Positions 38,801 through 51,398 are shown, counted from the stretch's first letter. The stretch: 64,000 nt of DNA from Deltaproteobacteria bacterium (GCA_020632715.1 JACKFA010000004.1:758190-822189); one strand, 5' to 3'. The notes: generated by a model not told the origin, from the sequence alone. Made by a program: numbers and translations.

Positions 38801-39029
38801 GCCCGTCACGGTCACGCGCTCGGGCGCGGCGGTCTTCGACGTCGCGACCTCGGGGGCCGCCGGCGTCGTCGCCACCTACACCCAGGCGGCCGGGACGACG
38901 ACGGTCAGCAACGTCGCGCGCCTCGTCTACAAGAACCCGCCCGTGGCGGGCACGGGCACGGTGACGGTGACGGCGCCCGGCTTCATCTCGACGCTCGCGA
39001 CGAAGACGCGCCAGGTCATCGTGAACTGA
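35823..39029 (+). CDS. Large lipoprotein: conserved Cys-containing ~340 aa N-terminal domain (paralog of the 55154 gene), Gly-rich linker, then ~6 Big_2-like Ig-fold repeats.
   Basis: MSRLALVAACAALVAC lipobox. N-domain motifs YVGPCDAS, QGFFDVAV, FCSAKLDC, YWNVALGL. Repeated units such as IASGDPS..LLATSG..AASVELTY. Confidence 0.8.
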   Translation: MSRLALVAACAALVACGDAAAPGVGSPGVTVAIAPLTLDGVVDAEYRVRVAAGGEVVWERVLTSGAYGDGAGGVSYVGPCDASFATNDVTVTLLSLRDATGPLAAGSWSPPPPATKAAPCSPSADTRVDFDLTVARAARQGFFDVAVELDDVFCSAKLDCGATTAVADDLLLLQDPITGERATTAVLGFACTAGPESDAATTLYLDDVVIRCDGRPDTVVAVGAPGRVDLGTLPSANPDGYLFDAVVYAGEQASGGVVYWNVALGLDRAAFAASGACSLSTVGTASSGPLEGGATPAGATWPVIVWDVPLSDASGRVCTEHEVGDPGGRVVIDYRGPDVPEVFDRGRDAGGPVGGGGGGGESGGNIAFVPEAGPKTVGAGLEAPLTVLLPAPVDAPEGATITIASGDPSRLLLATSGATAGAASVELTYANGIQSHTLWIQGVPGAAGDVVITATRGGETSWQSVSVVAPMLHLEALAGDRRATAVDAIPDDTFVVQTGIPNPEAVIGFSVQRVSAAAGPLTVTIASSDPAVATVATASGAAATQTRTIAPNVYTTPLPLASGGLAARFPAPPVAGTTTITASAPGFTTATQALTVSVVATYTYFDDDLPTLLGGGLQVGIPIGLSDPSHGGRVATVTVSDPSIAVVSSSRTGAGGASVDLTYVNGDNLETVWFQGVPGATGTVDVLVTCPGFADSWGTIAVRPGTMDIEVLAPYQTVASTQTPADDPFRVRFGVLDAAGTTYTPQEVSGAVAPLAVTFALSGAAVGELYTATERGSAVVLAIPAGTIATGNTTGTGGVALDFFGPPPVQGTVTVSATAPGFAATALSSQTVQVSVSAATITFTTIPAKVGASFSETLIYNLSAAPTGGSTVVHFEVSDFSKAAVAPLDASIGGETLDVVVNSGGYRNIRIHGRRGATGSVTITATSPGYLPASTTVPIVQGYIAITGGWNASVTTTAGTPIADYRFSVGVGYSNTGTGINTNAVIAGTDAPLPVTVTRSGAAVFDVATSGAAGVVATYTQAAGTTTVSNVARLVYKNPPVAGTGTVTVTAPGFISTLATKTRQVIVN

Positions 39030-39173
39030 CCAGGCCGCTCCCGAACAACGGCGCGCTCACGGCACTTTTTTGGCTCTCGCGAACGATCGGTTTGCCGCGG
39101 TGGACCGTACCGCATGCGGCGGCTAGGATCGCCCAAACCCCCAAAACCATCCGCAGCGAGACGCGAGGCCCCC

Positions 39174-42100
39174 ATGCGCGGTTTCCTGCTCCGGCGTGCC
39201 CTCCTGGGCGCGCTCCTCCTGTCGTTCGTCGGGTGCGGTGACGGCACGACCGGCGCCGACACCGTCGAGCCGACCGACACGGCGACCCCGGACTCGGCCG
39301 ACACCGCGGACACCGCGGACACGGCCGACACCGCGGACACAGCGGACACGGCCGACACCGCGGACACGGCGGACACGGCCGACACGGCGGACACGGCGGA
39401 CACGGCGGACACGGCGGACACCGCCGACACGGCGGACACCGCCGACACGACCGACACCGCCGACACAGCCGACACAGCCGACTCCGACTCGGCTGACACC
39501 GCCGACACCGCGGACACCGGCCCCGACGTCGTCCTCGCCGACACCACGGCCCCGACGGTCACGCTCATCGCGCCCACCGAAGGCGCCACCCTCACCGGCG
39601 GCCGCGTCGTCGTCACGGGCGTCGTCTCCGACCCGCAGGGCGCCGATGATGGCGCCCCGACCGGCGTCGTCGCCCTCACCGTCGCCGGCGTCGCCGTCAC
39701 GCCGGCCCCCGATGGCGCCTTCGGCCTCACCCTCACGAGCGTCGTCCCCGGCCCGCTCGAGCTCCTCGTCCGCGCCACGGACGGGGCCGGCAACGTCGGC
39801 GAAGCCAGCGTCTCCGTCACGGTCGCCCGCGAGCCGCTCGCCCTCTCCGCCTCGCCCGCGTCGCTCTCCCTCGACGACCTCGGCCAGAGCGCCGTCCTCG
39901 ACGTCGCCCGTCACTACGCCGGCGGCGCCGCCGACCTCCCCGACCCGACCTCGCTCACGTTCGAGAGCTCGGCCCCGGCCGTCGCGGCCGTCACCCCAGG
40001 CGGCGTCGTCACCGCGCTCGCCCCTGGCACCGCGACCGTCACCGCGAGTGACGGCGCCCTCTCCGTCGCCGTCCCGGTCACCGTGGCCGCCGACACCACG
40101 GCGCCCGCGCCGCCCCTCGTCGAGACCTGGGTCCCCGTCACGAGCCTCGACACCCAGGTCTGGATGGGCCGCGCCGAGCCCGGCGCCTCCCTCGCCGTCA
40201 GCGGCCTCGCCGCGCCGCTCACCGGGGCCGTCGGCGCCGACGGCCGCTTCCTCCTCACGCTCCCGCTCCCGCCGCGATCCGCGCTCACCCTCGGCATCAC
40301 CGCCACCGACGCCGCCGGCAACACCTCCGAGCCCGTCAGCTACCCGATCGTCCAGGACCCGGAGGCCGTCGACGCAGGCGCCCTCCACCTCGCCGACGGC
40401 GACAACCAACGCGGCGTCGCGGGCCAGGCCCTCATGCGCCCCCTCCGCGTCCGCGCCACCACTCCCGCGGGGGACGCCCTCGCCGGCGCGACCGTCACCT
40501 TCACCCTCGTCGGCGGCGACGCCGCGCTGGCCGCCTCGGCCGCCGACCACGGCGCCGACACCCTCGTCGCCACCGCCGACGCCGCCGGCTATGCGCGCGC
40601 CTGGCTCATCCCGGGCGCGCCCGGCGATCTGCGCGTCCACGCCGCGCTCACCGGCGACGCGGGGCTCCCGGTCGTCTTCCGCGCGGTGGCCGCGTCCCCC
40701 CTCGTCGACGGCCGCACGCGCGTCTCCGGCGTCGTCCTCGACGACGCCATGGGCGCCGTCCAGGCCCCCGTCTCGCTCCTCCTCGACGGCGTGACCTACT
40801 TCCCGGACGGCGGCGTCACGAGCGACGACCACGGCCGCTTCACGATCACCTGGCCCGTGGCCGACCCGTCGGCGGTCCCCGCGACAGGCTTCCTCCTCGT
40901 CGACGGCTACAACGCGCTGAACGGCACCTTCGGCCGGCTCACCTTCGAGGTCGACGTCGTCCCGGGCATCGACAACGCCGTCGTGCGCCCGTTCTTCGTG
41001 CCCGTCATCCCCGACGGCGTCGCGCCCGCCCTCGACGGCGACGGCCGCCTCAGCGCGGACCTCGTGCTCACCCACGCGCTCGGCCCCGGCCGCGAGCCCG
41101 CGCGGGCCATCCTCGCCGCTGGCACGAAGATCACCTTCCCGGACGGGATCCCCGCCGCCCGCCGCCGCCTCTCCCTCCTCACGATCCCCATGGGCCGCGC
41201 CCCGATGCCGCTCACCGACGGCCTCTACTCGCGCACGATCCTCTCGCTCCAGCCCGGCGGCGCTCTCTACGACCCGCCCGTCGTCCTCGTCGTGCCGAAC
41301 CTCGACGGCGCAGCCCCCGGCGAGCAGGTCCCGCAGCTCATCTTCGACCACGACACGCACCGCTACGTCGTGAACGGCACGGCCACCGTCTCGGCCGACG
41401 GCCGCACGCTGCGCACCGACCCCGGGAGCGGGATCCGCGTCGGCGCGTGGCACGCCATCCCGCCGAGCCGCCCCGCCGAGCGCGGCGTCGCCCAGGTCAC
41501 GGTGGACGCGGGCGACGAGGGCGCCGACGACTGCGTCTGCGTGAGCGCCAACGGCACGACGGCGCCGTGCGCGCCGTGCTCCTCGACCACCGTCGCGTCC
41601 GCCCCGGGGCTCCCGCGCGCGCCCGGCGTCCCGACCTGCGCGACGACCGACGTCTCCGTGCCCGCAGACGGCGGCCCCCAGAGCGTCACCGCGTCGTGCG
41701 AGCGCAAGCGTTGCCGGGTCGACATCGACTACGTCGCGACCGGCGGCGTCGTGGTGCGGCGGGAGACCGCGCTCACCGCGCGCGTCGGGCAGGTCATCGG
41801 CGTCGGCGCGTCCGCGACGATCCCCGGCGTCGCCGAGACCGCGACGTGGCGCGTCGTTCGCGTCGGCGGCGCGGGCGCCGAGCCGATCGCCACGAGCCCC
41901 GCCACGGGTCCGCGCACCGGCTTCATCCCGACCGTGGCGGGCACCTACGAGGTCAGCGTCTCCGCCGCGGTCTGCGTCGGAGCCAGCGCCACGATCGAGG
42001 TCCTCGGCGACTGCTGTACGGAGGGGCTCATCACGGCGTGCGGCGCGGGTCTGAGGACGCTCCCGAACGGCGACGAGGTCGTGACCGCGCCCGCCAGGAT

Positions 42101-45100
42101 CGGCGCCGGCGGGCCGCTCTACCTCGAGGCGGCTCGCGAGGTGACGTGCATGCACTCCCTGGGCCGGGTGACGGGCGCCGGGATCGTCGCGATCAGCGCC
42201 CCTGGCGCGAGACGGGTCCTCGTCCGCGCGCTCGCGGCCTACGAGATCGAGGGCAGCACGGGCGCCCTGGCGATGCCGCTCCCGCCGATCCTCGCCGGCC
42301 GGAGCCGGGAGATGACGAGCCTCGGCACGAGCGCGCCGATCGTCGGGCGCGACGAGGTGCGCTTCACCGAGCCGACCTGGCGCTTCGCGCTCCGCCTGCC
42401 CGGCGGCGAGCGCGTCGTCTACCAGCCGGCGGTCTACCACGCAGGCCCGAGCGGCTTCTTCGGCGACCGCTTCGTCCGCGAGGGGGCGCCGCTCAGCGCC
42501 GCCGCGACGGGGCCCGTCCGCGTCCTCCGGTGGGAGGTCCGCGACGACGGGATCGGAACGCTCGAGACGACGCTCCAGGTGCGCCTCGGCGCGCTCGCGG
42601 ACGGGCTGACGTTCGACCTCGACGGGCGCCTCGGCAGCGCCGGCCTCTTCCTGTCGGTCCCCGAGCAGCGCCTCCCGGACAAGGCGCCCCCGAGCCGTGG
42701 CTGGCCCGATCCGTCGCCCTCGGACCCGCCGGGCGTCGTCTACTTCGTGAAGCTCGAGGGCGACGTCGAGAACCCGACCTGGTTCTTCGACGAGGAGGTC
42801 CCGCCCGCGCGCGTCATCCGGCTCAGGTCGATGATCGACCTCGGGCCGACCTTCCCGAGCCGCTGCGGGCCGATGACCCCGTTCGCCGCGAGCTGCTCGG
42901 GCACCATGGAGCTCCTGCCGTTGAAGCTCCGCGCCGCGTGCCCCTTGACCGTGATGAGCCTGTCGGCGCCGACCTGCCCGCGCCCGAACGAGGTGGGCGA
43001 CTGGGCCGTCGGGGAGGTCGCGCTCCGCTACGAGGGCGGCCGCGCCACGCTCGACGGGCGCGCCGTGGCGAGGACCGACGATCTCGAGCTCGTCCGCCGC
43101 GAGCTCATGCTGACGGCACCGATCGGGCTCAGCGGCGTCCTCGAGCGCCGCGGCGGGGTCCTCTCGCTCGGCGCCGAGCTCCGAGGGGTCCCGGTCAAGG
43201 TCAACAACGACCTCCACCTCCAGGGCGGGATCAGCGCGTTCTCCTATCGCTCCGAGCCCGTCGCCGCCTCGCTCAGGATCTCGTCGTCCGAGGCGCCGCT
43301 CGGCGCCCAGTTCGAGCGGGACCTCGACGGCTACCAGGCGTCGCTCTGCCTCCCGAACGGCACCACGCGCCCCGTGTGCGCGAACCCGTACGCCGACGAC
43401 GCGCGCAAGGCGCCCGTCAGCGCGGCGGGGACCGTCGAGATCCAGCCCGGCGACGCCGACCCGACGCCGGGCGGCGGCGTCTCCATCACCGTCGACCCGC
43501 CCGCGGACGACGACGAGGACGACCCGATCGAGCTCGGCGACGGGGAGTGCATGGACTACCCCGACGAGTCGCGCTGCCTCGCGTACGGCCTCGCCGGGCC
43601 GCGGACGGCCATCGTCCAGGACGCCCCCGCCGGGACCTACAAGCCACCGGCGACGGGCCCGCTCTCGACCGTCACGGTCGCGCCCGCGCACCCGGCCCCC
43701 GACGCGAGCGCCGCGACCGTCGACGCCGCCGCGGACGACGTCGGCGGCTACCTCGTCACCGTGGACCCGCCTCCGGGCGCGATCGTCGTCGACCTCGGCT
43801 TCCGCGCGGGCGCGTTCGGGCCGGTCGTCACCACGGTCCCCGGCGACGCGGCCGGCTCGGTTCGTTTCACGCCGACCCTCGAGCGCCTCGCGGCGGTCCC
43901 CCAGACGTCCGACCAGAACGGCACCGCGCGCGCGAGCGTCCAGCCGTGCGCGACGTTCGTGCGCGCCGGCGGCGGCACCCCGTCCGTGACCACCTGCGGC
44001 CCGTTCCGCGAGGTGAAGGCGCCCCGCGGCGCCGCCCCGAGCCCCCGCTACCACACCGTCGAGCGCGGCCCCACCGGTCGCGTCGAGGCCGCCGCGACGG
44101 TGCCCTCGGGAGACGGCGCGCCGTTCTCGCTCACCGTGCTCGCGCCCGCGACGGGCGTCGTCACCGTCGACGTGCCCGGCGTCGGGCCCGTCGTGGTCGA
44201 CCTGCGCGTCTCGGACGGCGGCGCGAGCGGCGAGGCGACCCTCCGCTACGGCCTCGACGCCGCGGCCGGCCGCCGGATCGACGCCGCCGCGTACGCGCGC
44301 GCCACGTCGCGCCCGCTCGAGGCGCTGTCGCCGCTCTTCGCGCTCGAGACGACCGCCGCGAGCGACGGGAGCCACGGCTACGCCTACGTGCTCCCGGACG
44401 ACCTCCCGACCGGGATCTACGACGAGGGGCAGAACCCCTACGCGACCGGCGACCTCGTGGCGATCATCTCGCCGCCGCCGACGCGGGCGCGGCTCGGCGC
44501 GGCCTGGAGCTATCGCCCGGAGCTCCTCATCGGCGCCCCGACGACGGTGACGCTCCGCGTCGCGGAGGGGCCGCCCGGCGTCGCGGTCGCGGACGGGCTC
44601 GTGACGTGGACGCCGCCCGCGACGTGGCCCGTCGGGCCCGTGACCATCGCGATCGTGGCCCGAACGGCCGGCGGCGCCGAGGCGCGGCAGACGTTCGAGC
44701 TCGCCGTGAGCGCGGCCGAGACGGCGCCGGCCATCGTGCGCCCGGCGCCCGTCCTCGTCGGGGCGACCGACGGCACGGCGTTCCGCGTCGACGGCGCCAC
44801 GGCGGTCACGGCGGCCGTCGTCGGCGGGCCGACGGGCGCGCAGCGCGTCGCGGTCGGCGTCCTCGCGGCGGACCAGGCGCCGAGCCTCCCGGGGGTGATG
44901 CCGCGCTACGTGCTCGACGCGGACGCCATCCGCGTCGCGACGACCGGGCTCGAGGCCCCGCGGATCGAGATCACGGCCGAGAACGACGCAGGCGCGACCA
45001 CGCTGGTCGCCCAGGTGCTCGTCCTCGATCGCGACGGGGACGGGCTCCGCGACGAGTACGAGCGCCTCGTCGGGACCGACCCCGACGCCGCGACCGACCC

Positions 45101-48100
45101 GGACACCGACACCGACGCGGACGGCCTCACCATCGCCGAGGAGCAGGCGCTCAGGACCCGCGACGACCTCCGCGACAGCGACGGCGACGGCCTCGACGAC
45201 CCTGACGAGGCCGCGCTCGGCGCGAGCCCGCGCCTCTCCGACAGCGACGGGGACGGCCTCGACGACGGCGCGGAGGTCCTGACGCACCTCACCCTGCCGG
45301 ACGTCGCGGACAGCGACGGCGACGGCGTCTCCGACGGCGACGAGGTCATCGGCGGCACGGACCCCACGGTCGCCCTCGACGAGGACGACGACCAGGCCCC
45401 GGACGACCTCGAGCGGCTCGTCCTCCACACCGACCCGACGAACCCCGACACCGACGGGGACACGCTCACGGACGGCGCCGAGGTCGAGCTCGGCACGGAC
45501 CCGCTGGTCCCGGACACCGACGGCGACGGGATCCTCGACGCCGACGAGGCCGCGCTCGGGCGCGACGCCACCGTCGCCGAGGAGGAGCCGCCCGCGCTCG
45601 TCGAGCCGGCGCTCCTGACCGGCACCTCGGCCGCGCAGGTGCTGCTCCCCTTCGAGGCGCGCAGCTTCCCGATCACCGTCGCGGTGGATCGCGACGGCGA
45701 CGGCCTCCCCGACGCGTTCGAGGCGCTCTACGGGCTCGACCCCGACGACCCCGCCGACGCGGCGAGCGACACCGACACCGACGGCCTCACGGCGCGCGAG
45801 GAGCTCGGCCTCGGGACCGATCCGACGCTCACCGACACCGACGACGACGGGGTCGACGACGGGCAGGAGCGCGCCGACGGGACCGACCCGAACGACCCGG
45901 ACGACTTCGACGGCGGCGGCGCCGTCGTCTCGCTCGACGTCGCGCCGGCGAGCGCCGTCGCCGTCTACCACGCGTACTTCGGCCCGCGCCGGCTCCAGCT
46001 CGCCGTGGCCGGCGTCAAGGCGGCCGGCACGCGCGTGGACCTGACGTCACCCGCCGTGGGGACGGTCTACAGCGTGGCTCCGGCCGGCGTGGGGGTCTTC
46101 GACGCCGATGGCGCCTTCGTCCCCGCCGCGCCCGCGAGCGACGACCCCGTGGACGCCGTGATCACCGTGACGGCCCGCGGCGCGACGGCCGACGTGCCCG
46201 TGCGGATCGCGCGCTTCACCCCGCGCGACGTCGGCGTGGTCGCGACGCCAGGCGCGGGCGGGCCGATCGCCGCCGTCCCGGGCGCGGACGCCGTCGTGGT
46301 CGCGGTCGGTGGCCAGGTGCAGGTCGTCGACGTCGCCGATCCGGCCACCCCGCGCGCGCTCGCCCTGACGACCGTCACCGCCGCTCCGATCGCGGCGCTC
46401 GAGCCCTTCGGCGACCGCGTGCTCGCCGTCGCCGGGACCGAGCTCGTCTCGCTCGCGGTGGATCCGGCGGGCGAGGTGACCGTCGCCGCGCGCGCGACGC
46501 TGCCCGCCGCCGGTCGCGGGGTCGCGGCGACCGCGTCGGGTGGCGCGCCGGCGGCGTTCGTCGCGACCGCGAGCGGCGCCGTCGAGGTGCTGCTCGACCG
46601 CGGCGAGGTCGCCGCGACCTGGTTTTCCGGCCAGGACCTCACCGCCGTCGCCGCGGTGCGCGAGCGCGTCGTGGGTGCGACCGCCTCGGGGGCCCTCCGC
46701 GTGCTCCTCCGGGGGCCGAACACCACGGTCGGCGCGGCCACGACGGGCCGCCCGACGACGGCGTTGCTCCACCTCGGCGGCGAGCTCGTCACCAGCTCCC
46801 GCGGGCAGGGGCTCGATCGCGTGCGCCTCGACGTGGTGCCGCCCGCGGTGCTCGCCCAGAGCGACGCGGCGTTCCTCCCGACCGGCCCCGTGGCGCGCTA
46901 CCGCGACGTCGTGCTCGCCGGCGCCGAGGACTTCGGCCAGGCGATGACCTACCACGGGCTCGGCCTCCCGGGCGCGCTGCCGTTCCTCGGCGGCCACGGC
47001 TACGAGCTCGTGCCGGACGGCTCGACCCGGGGCGTCGCGGTGCTGGGGCCGCTCCACGCCGCGGTGGTCGCCGACGAGCTCGACGAGCGCTGGGTCGTCG
47101 TGGCCGAGCACGACCTCTTGACCGACCTCGCCGGCGTCCCGCCGACCGTGGCCCTCCTCGAGCCGCGCCCCGGCGACGCCTTCGACGAGGGCAAGCGCGT
47201 GCTCGTCCGCGCCCGCGCGGTCGACGACGTCGCGGTCGCGCGCGTGACCTTCCTCGTGGACGGGGCGCCCGCGGCGACGCTCACGGCGCCTCCCTGGGAG
47301 GCGCGCGTGCGGCTCCCGGAGGTCGACGCGGACGGCAGCGCGACGATCGCCATCGTCGCGGCCGACGTCGGCGGTAACAGCGCCGAGGCCAGCGTCGTCG
47401 TGGGCGTGCGCGCCGTCACCGACGACACGGACGCGCCGCTCGTCGCGTTCGGCGCCCCGCGCGACGGCCTCACCGTGCCCGCGAGCTCGGTCGTGCCCGT
47501 CCGCGTCAACGTCGTCGACGCCTCGGCCATCCGCGCGGTCGTCCTGAAGGTGGACGGCGTCGAGCGCGCGGTCCTGACGGACGGCCCGCCCTGGGTCGCG
47601 AGCGTGCCGACCCCGGTCCAGCCGGCGTCGGCGACCGGTCGCTACCCGCTCCGCGCCGAGGTGACCGACGTCGCCGGGAACGTCGGCGTCGCCGAGGTCG
47701 AGCTCGTCGACGCGGGCATCGACCTCGTCGGCCTCGGCGTCACCGACATCGCCGCGGGCGACGGGGCGTACGACGGCGCCACCATCCTCATCCGCGGCGG
47801 GACGGTCGCGATCGACGGCGCCCACTCCTTCGCGCGCGTGGTCGTCGGCGCGGGGGGCGTCCTCACGCACCCGCCGACGGGCCTCTCCGGCGCGGAGCCC
47901 GGCCTCGACCTCACCGCCACCGCCATCGTCGTCGAGGAAGGCGGCGCCATCGACGTGAGCGGCAAGGGGTACCGCGGCGGCTGCGGCTCGGGCGGCGCGG
48001 GCTGCCCCGCCGGCACCTCGGGCCGCACGGTCGGCAACGTCGACGGCGTCCCCGGCACCGCGTCCGCCTCGCACGGCGGCGTCGGGCGCTCGACGGCCAC

Positions 48101-48203
48101 CGCGGCGGCTGCGACCTATGGCGAGCTGCTCGCGCCCACGGCGCTCGGCGCGGGCGGCGGCGCCGGCCTCGGCGCGGCGGCGCCGGCGGCGGGCGCGTGC
48201 ACC
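39174..48203 (+). CDS. Giant surface lipoprotein, intact part (>3000 aa). Contains (ADT)n linker, Ig-like/Big_2-like domains, Cys-rich segments, thrombospondin-type-3-like Ca-binding repeats, and the first beta-helix-like ~1 kb repeat. The frame continues, disrupted, to ~51398.
   Basis: MRGFLLRRALLGALLLSFVGC. Frame 0 is coherent to ~48200. Beyond that the sense is recoverable only by frame switching. Confidence 0.75.
39280..39525 (+). repeat. ~27 tandem copies of a 9-bp unit gacacSgcS encoding (ADT)n.
   Basis: Visible directly in the sequence; translates to DTADTADTADT…. Confidence 0.85.
45020..45900 (+). repeat. Thrombospondin type 3-like Ca-binding repeats (DxDxDGxxDxxE) inside the giant lipoprotein.
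   Basis: DRDGDGLRDEYE, DSDGDGLDDPDE, DSDGDGVSDGDE, DTDGDGILDADE and similar. Confidence 0.7.
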
Positions 48204-51200
48204 TCGTCGCGGACACCCTCACGCTCGAGGCGCCGTGCGCGCCAACGGCGAGGACCTCGGCGCCATCGGCGTGAGCGGCCACGGCGGCGCCGGCGGGAGC
48301 GTGCTCCTCGACGTCAGGACGCTCACGGGCAGCGGCGCCATCGACGCGCGCGGCGGCGACGGCGCCAGCGCCTCAGGCGCCGAGCACGGCGGCGGCGGCG
48401 GCCGGATCGCCGTGATCGCGGACGACGCCGCCGGCTACACCGGGCTCGCGAGCGCCGCGGGCGGCGCCGGGAGCGCCACGGCGACGGCGGGGCTCCCGGG
48501 CGGCGCGGGCTCGGTCGCCCTGTCCTTCGGAGGCGCCGCTCCCCTCGTCGTCATCGACGACGGCGGGGCCAGCGACGGCGCCGAGGGCGACGTCCTCGGC
48601 GACGCGGACCTCGCCGGCGCGGACGTCGTCGTGCGCGGATCGGCGCGCGTCCGGCTCGCGCGCCCGCTGTCGGTCGGCTCGCTGCGCCTCGAGGACCAGG
48701 CGCGGCTCGCGCACGGCGCGGCGACCGCGAGCGACGACGCGGTGGGCGTGGACATCACGGTGACCGGCACGCTCACCATCGGGAGCGACGCCGCCATCGA
48801 CGTGAGCGGGCGCGGGTACCGCCAGGGTCGCACCTTCGGGAACAGCGCCCAGAGCGGCCTCATCGCCGGCGGGCGCGGTGGCGCCTCGCACGGCGGGCGC
48901 GGCGGCGGCAGCTCGGGGGTCGTCTTCGGCGACCCGATGGCGCCGGCGACGCTCGGGGCCGGCGGCGGCTCCTTCGGCGGCTCCGACTGCGCGGGCGCCG
49001 GCGGCGGCCGCGTGCGGATCGTCGCGGGGCGCTCGCGCTCGACGGCGCCATCGTCGCGTCCGGCGCGCCGGGCGACGAGACGTGCCAGACCGGCGGCGGC
49101 GCCGGGGCTCCATCGACGTCACCGTCGGGCGCGCTCCTGGGCGATGGCGCGATCGCCGCGAACGGCGGCGCGGGCACCGTCGGGGCCTCGCGTCCGGCGG
49201 CGGCGGCAGGCGCGTCGCGGTCCGCTACGAAGACGCGAGCGCCTTCGACCTCGCGGCCATCAGCGCCTTCGGCGGGGCGGGGGCCGCGAACGGCGGCCCC
49301 GGCACGGTCCTCCTCGCGGAGGCCGGCGAGGCCCCGGTGCTGCGGGTCGCGAGCGGCGGGCTCACGGCCGAGCACGCGGCGCCGCCGCGCGTCCAGCTCG
49401 GCGCCTGGAAGCTCACGACGAGCGGGCTCACGGCGACCTCGTTCAAGGTGCAGGGCTCGAACCTCTGGGTCGGCGACTTCCTCGCCGGGACGCGCGTCGG
49501 GTTCGCGGGCACCGCCGAGACGTGGCTCGTGACGGGGGTCACGGCGGCCACGACGACGGTGCTCGTCGAGGACCGGACGCCCGACCTCTCGGCGGCCGGT
49601 CTCGTCCAGAACGCCGCTGCCATCGGGATCGTCGACCTCGGGGCGGTCCTCGACGTCGACGGCGCCTCGGTCGAGCTCGACGGCGAGTGGCGCCTCCTGG
49701 GCCTTCGCCTCGCGAACGGCGCCCGCCTCGCGCACGCGCCGACCGCGACCACGGTGGGGCGCGCGCCCTCGGGGCTCGAGCTCGCGGTCGAGGGGGACGT
49801 CGACATCGACGCCACCTCGGCGATCGACGTGAGCGGCCGCGGCTTCCTCGACGCGCGCACGCTCGGCGACTCGACCGACGGCAACCTCGCCGCGGGCGAT
49901 CGGACGGGCGGCTCGCACGGCGGCGTCGGCGGCGGCGCCGATCCCGGGATCCCCTACGGCGACGTGACGTTCCCGCTCGCGCCCGGCGCCGGCGGCGGCA
50001 AGGGGCGCTTCGGCGCCGTGGCCGGCGGCTACGGCGGTGGGCGCGTGCGGCTCGCGGCGACCGGCGACATCGCCCTCGACGGGCTCATCGCCGCGAACGG
50101 CGCGGACGCGCCAGTCACGGGCCAGCGCGACGGGGCGGCGGCGCAGGCGGCGCCATCGTCGTCGAGGCGGCGACCTCGCGGGCGCAGGAACGGTCAGCGC
50201 GAGCGGCGGGGCGGGCGGCCGGGTACGGCGGGCGATCCGGGCGGCGGCGGCAGCGGCGGGCGCGTCGCGCTCGTGTACGACGACGCGGCGGGCTTCGATC
50301 TCGACGGCGTCGCGGTCCTCGGGGGCTCGGTGGCGCCGGCGCAGGTGCTGCCGGGACCGTCGCGCGCCTCCCGCGCGGCGACGTCGGCCGGATCGTGGTC
50401 GACGACGGCGGGCTCACCGCCACGCTCGAGACGACGCTGGGCGTCCAGATCGGCCGCGCGCGCGTCACCTCGACGCCGCAGGCCCAGAGCCTCGCGCTGA
50501 ACGGCGGCCAGCCGCGCTTCCACCCGGGCTCGCTCGCGGGGCTCGAGCTCCGCTGCGAGGGCGTCGCGGGCAGCTTCACGGTCGTCGGCAACACGACGAG
50601 CGCGATCCAGACGGACCCGGCCGACGGCGACCTCACCGGCCTCCTCGCGAGCGGCGCCCGGTGCTTCGCGGACCGCGCTCTCGACGCCGTGATCGAGGTC
50701 ACGGGCGGCGCGCGTCTCGCCCTCGACGATCGCTTCACGATCGCGGGGCTCGTCGTCGACGGCGGCGGCGTCGTGACCCACGCCGCGACCGGCGTCGGGA
50801 CGAGCTTCGCCGACGGGCGGCTCGACCTCGTCGTCACGGGGGACGTCGTGGTCGCGGGCGACGGCGCCATCGACGTGAGCGCGCGCGGCTACGCCGGCGG
50901 CGGCGTGGGCGTCGGCGCGAGCGGGAAGACCGTCGGCAACGTCAACGGCTCGGCAGCCGGCGCGGGCGGGTCCCACGCGGGCGTCGGCGGCGGCGCGGGC
51001 GCGGCCGCGGTCTACGGTGACGGCGCGGCCCCCGTCACGGTGGGTGGCGGCGGCGGTCAGGGCGCGGTCGCGGCGGAGTCGGGCGGCCGCGGCGGGGGTG
51101 CCGTGCGCCTGACGGTCGGCGGCGAGCTCGCGCTCGACGGCGCCATCCGCGCGGACGGCGCGGCGGCCCTGGGCGCGGGCGGCGGCGGCGCCGGCGGCTC

Positions 51201-51398
51201 GGTGTGGCTCGCCGCGGCGACGCTCACCGGGCGGGCGTCGTGGCCGCCAACGGGGGCGCGGGCGCAGGCGGCGGCGGCGGGGCTGGGTGCTCCTCGCCGC
51301 GACGACGAGCGGCGCCTGGGCGCCGGCGTCGGTGACGGCGATCGGCGGCGCCGGGTCGGGCGCCGGTGGCGCGGACGGCGTCGCTGCAGGCCCCTGAC
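47700..51398 (+). pseudogene. Four ~1 kb tandem repeats (~345 aa each), beta-helix-like and Gly-rich, with ~10 reading-frame changes across the last three copies. This is the disrupted C-terminus of the giant lipoprotein gene, or a region with sequencing errors.
   Basis: Motif AIDVSG[KR]GY recurs near 47940, 48790, 49830 and 50870. Motifs GGSHGG, GGGRVR, ALDGAI.A.GA and GGAGGSV..L...TLTG recur in each copy. Coherent segments alternate among all three frames (pieces of track ORFs 39114.., 48118.., 48878.., 50037..). Confidence 0.5.

Noticed and set aside
39123-45971. 2282 aa minus-strand ORF antisense to the giant lipoprotein gene. Similar long antisense ORFs at 19344..22187, 22251..26474, 46047..48074 and 55046..58810.
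   Set aside because: R/G/D/E-rich low-complexity mirror frames. Each overlaps a sense ORF with balanced composition and recognisable domains.
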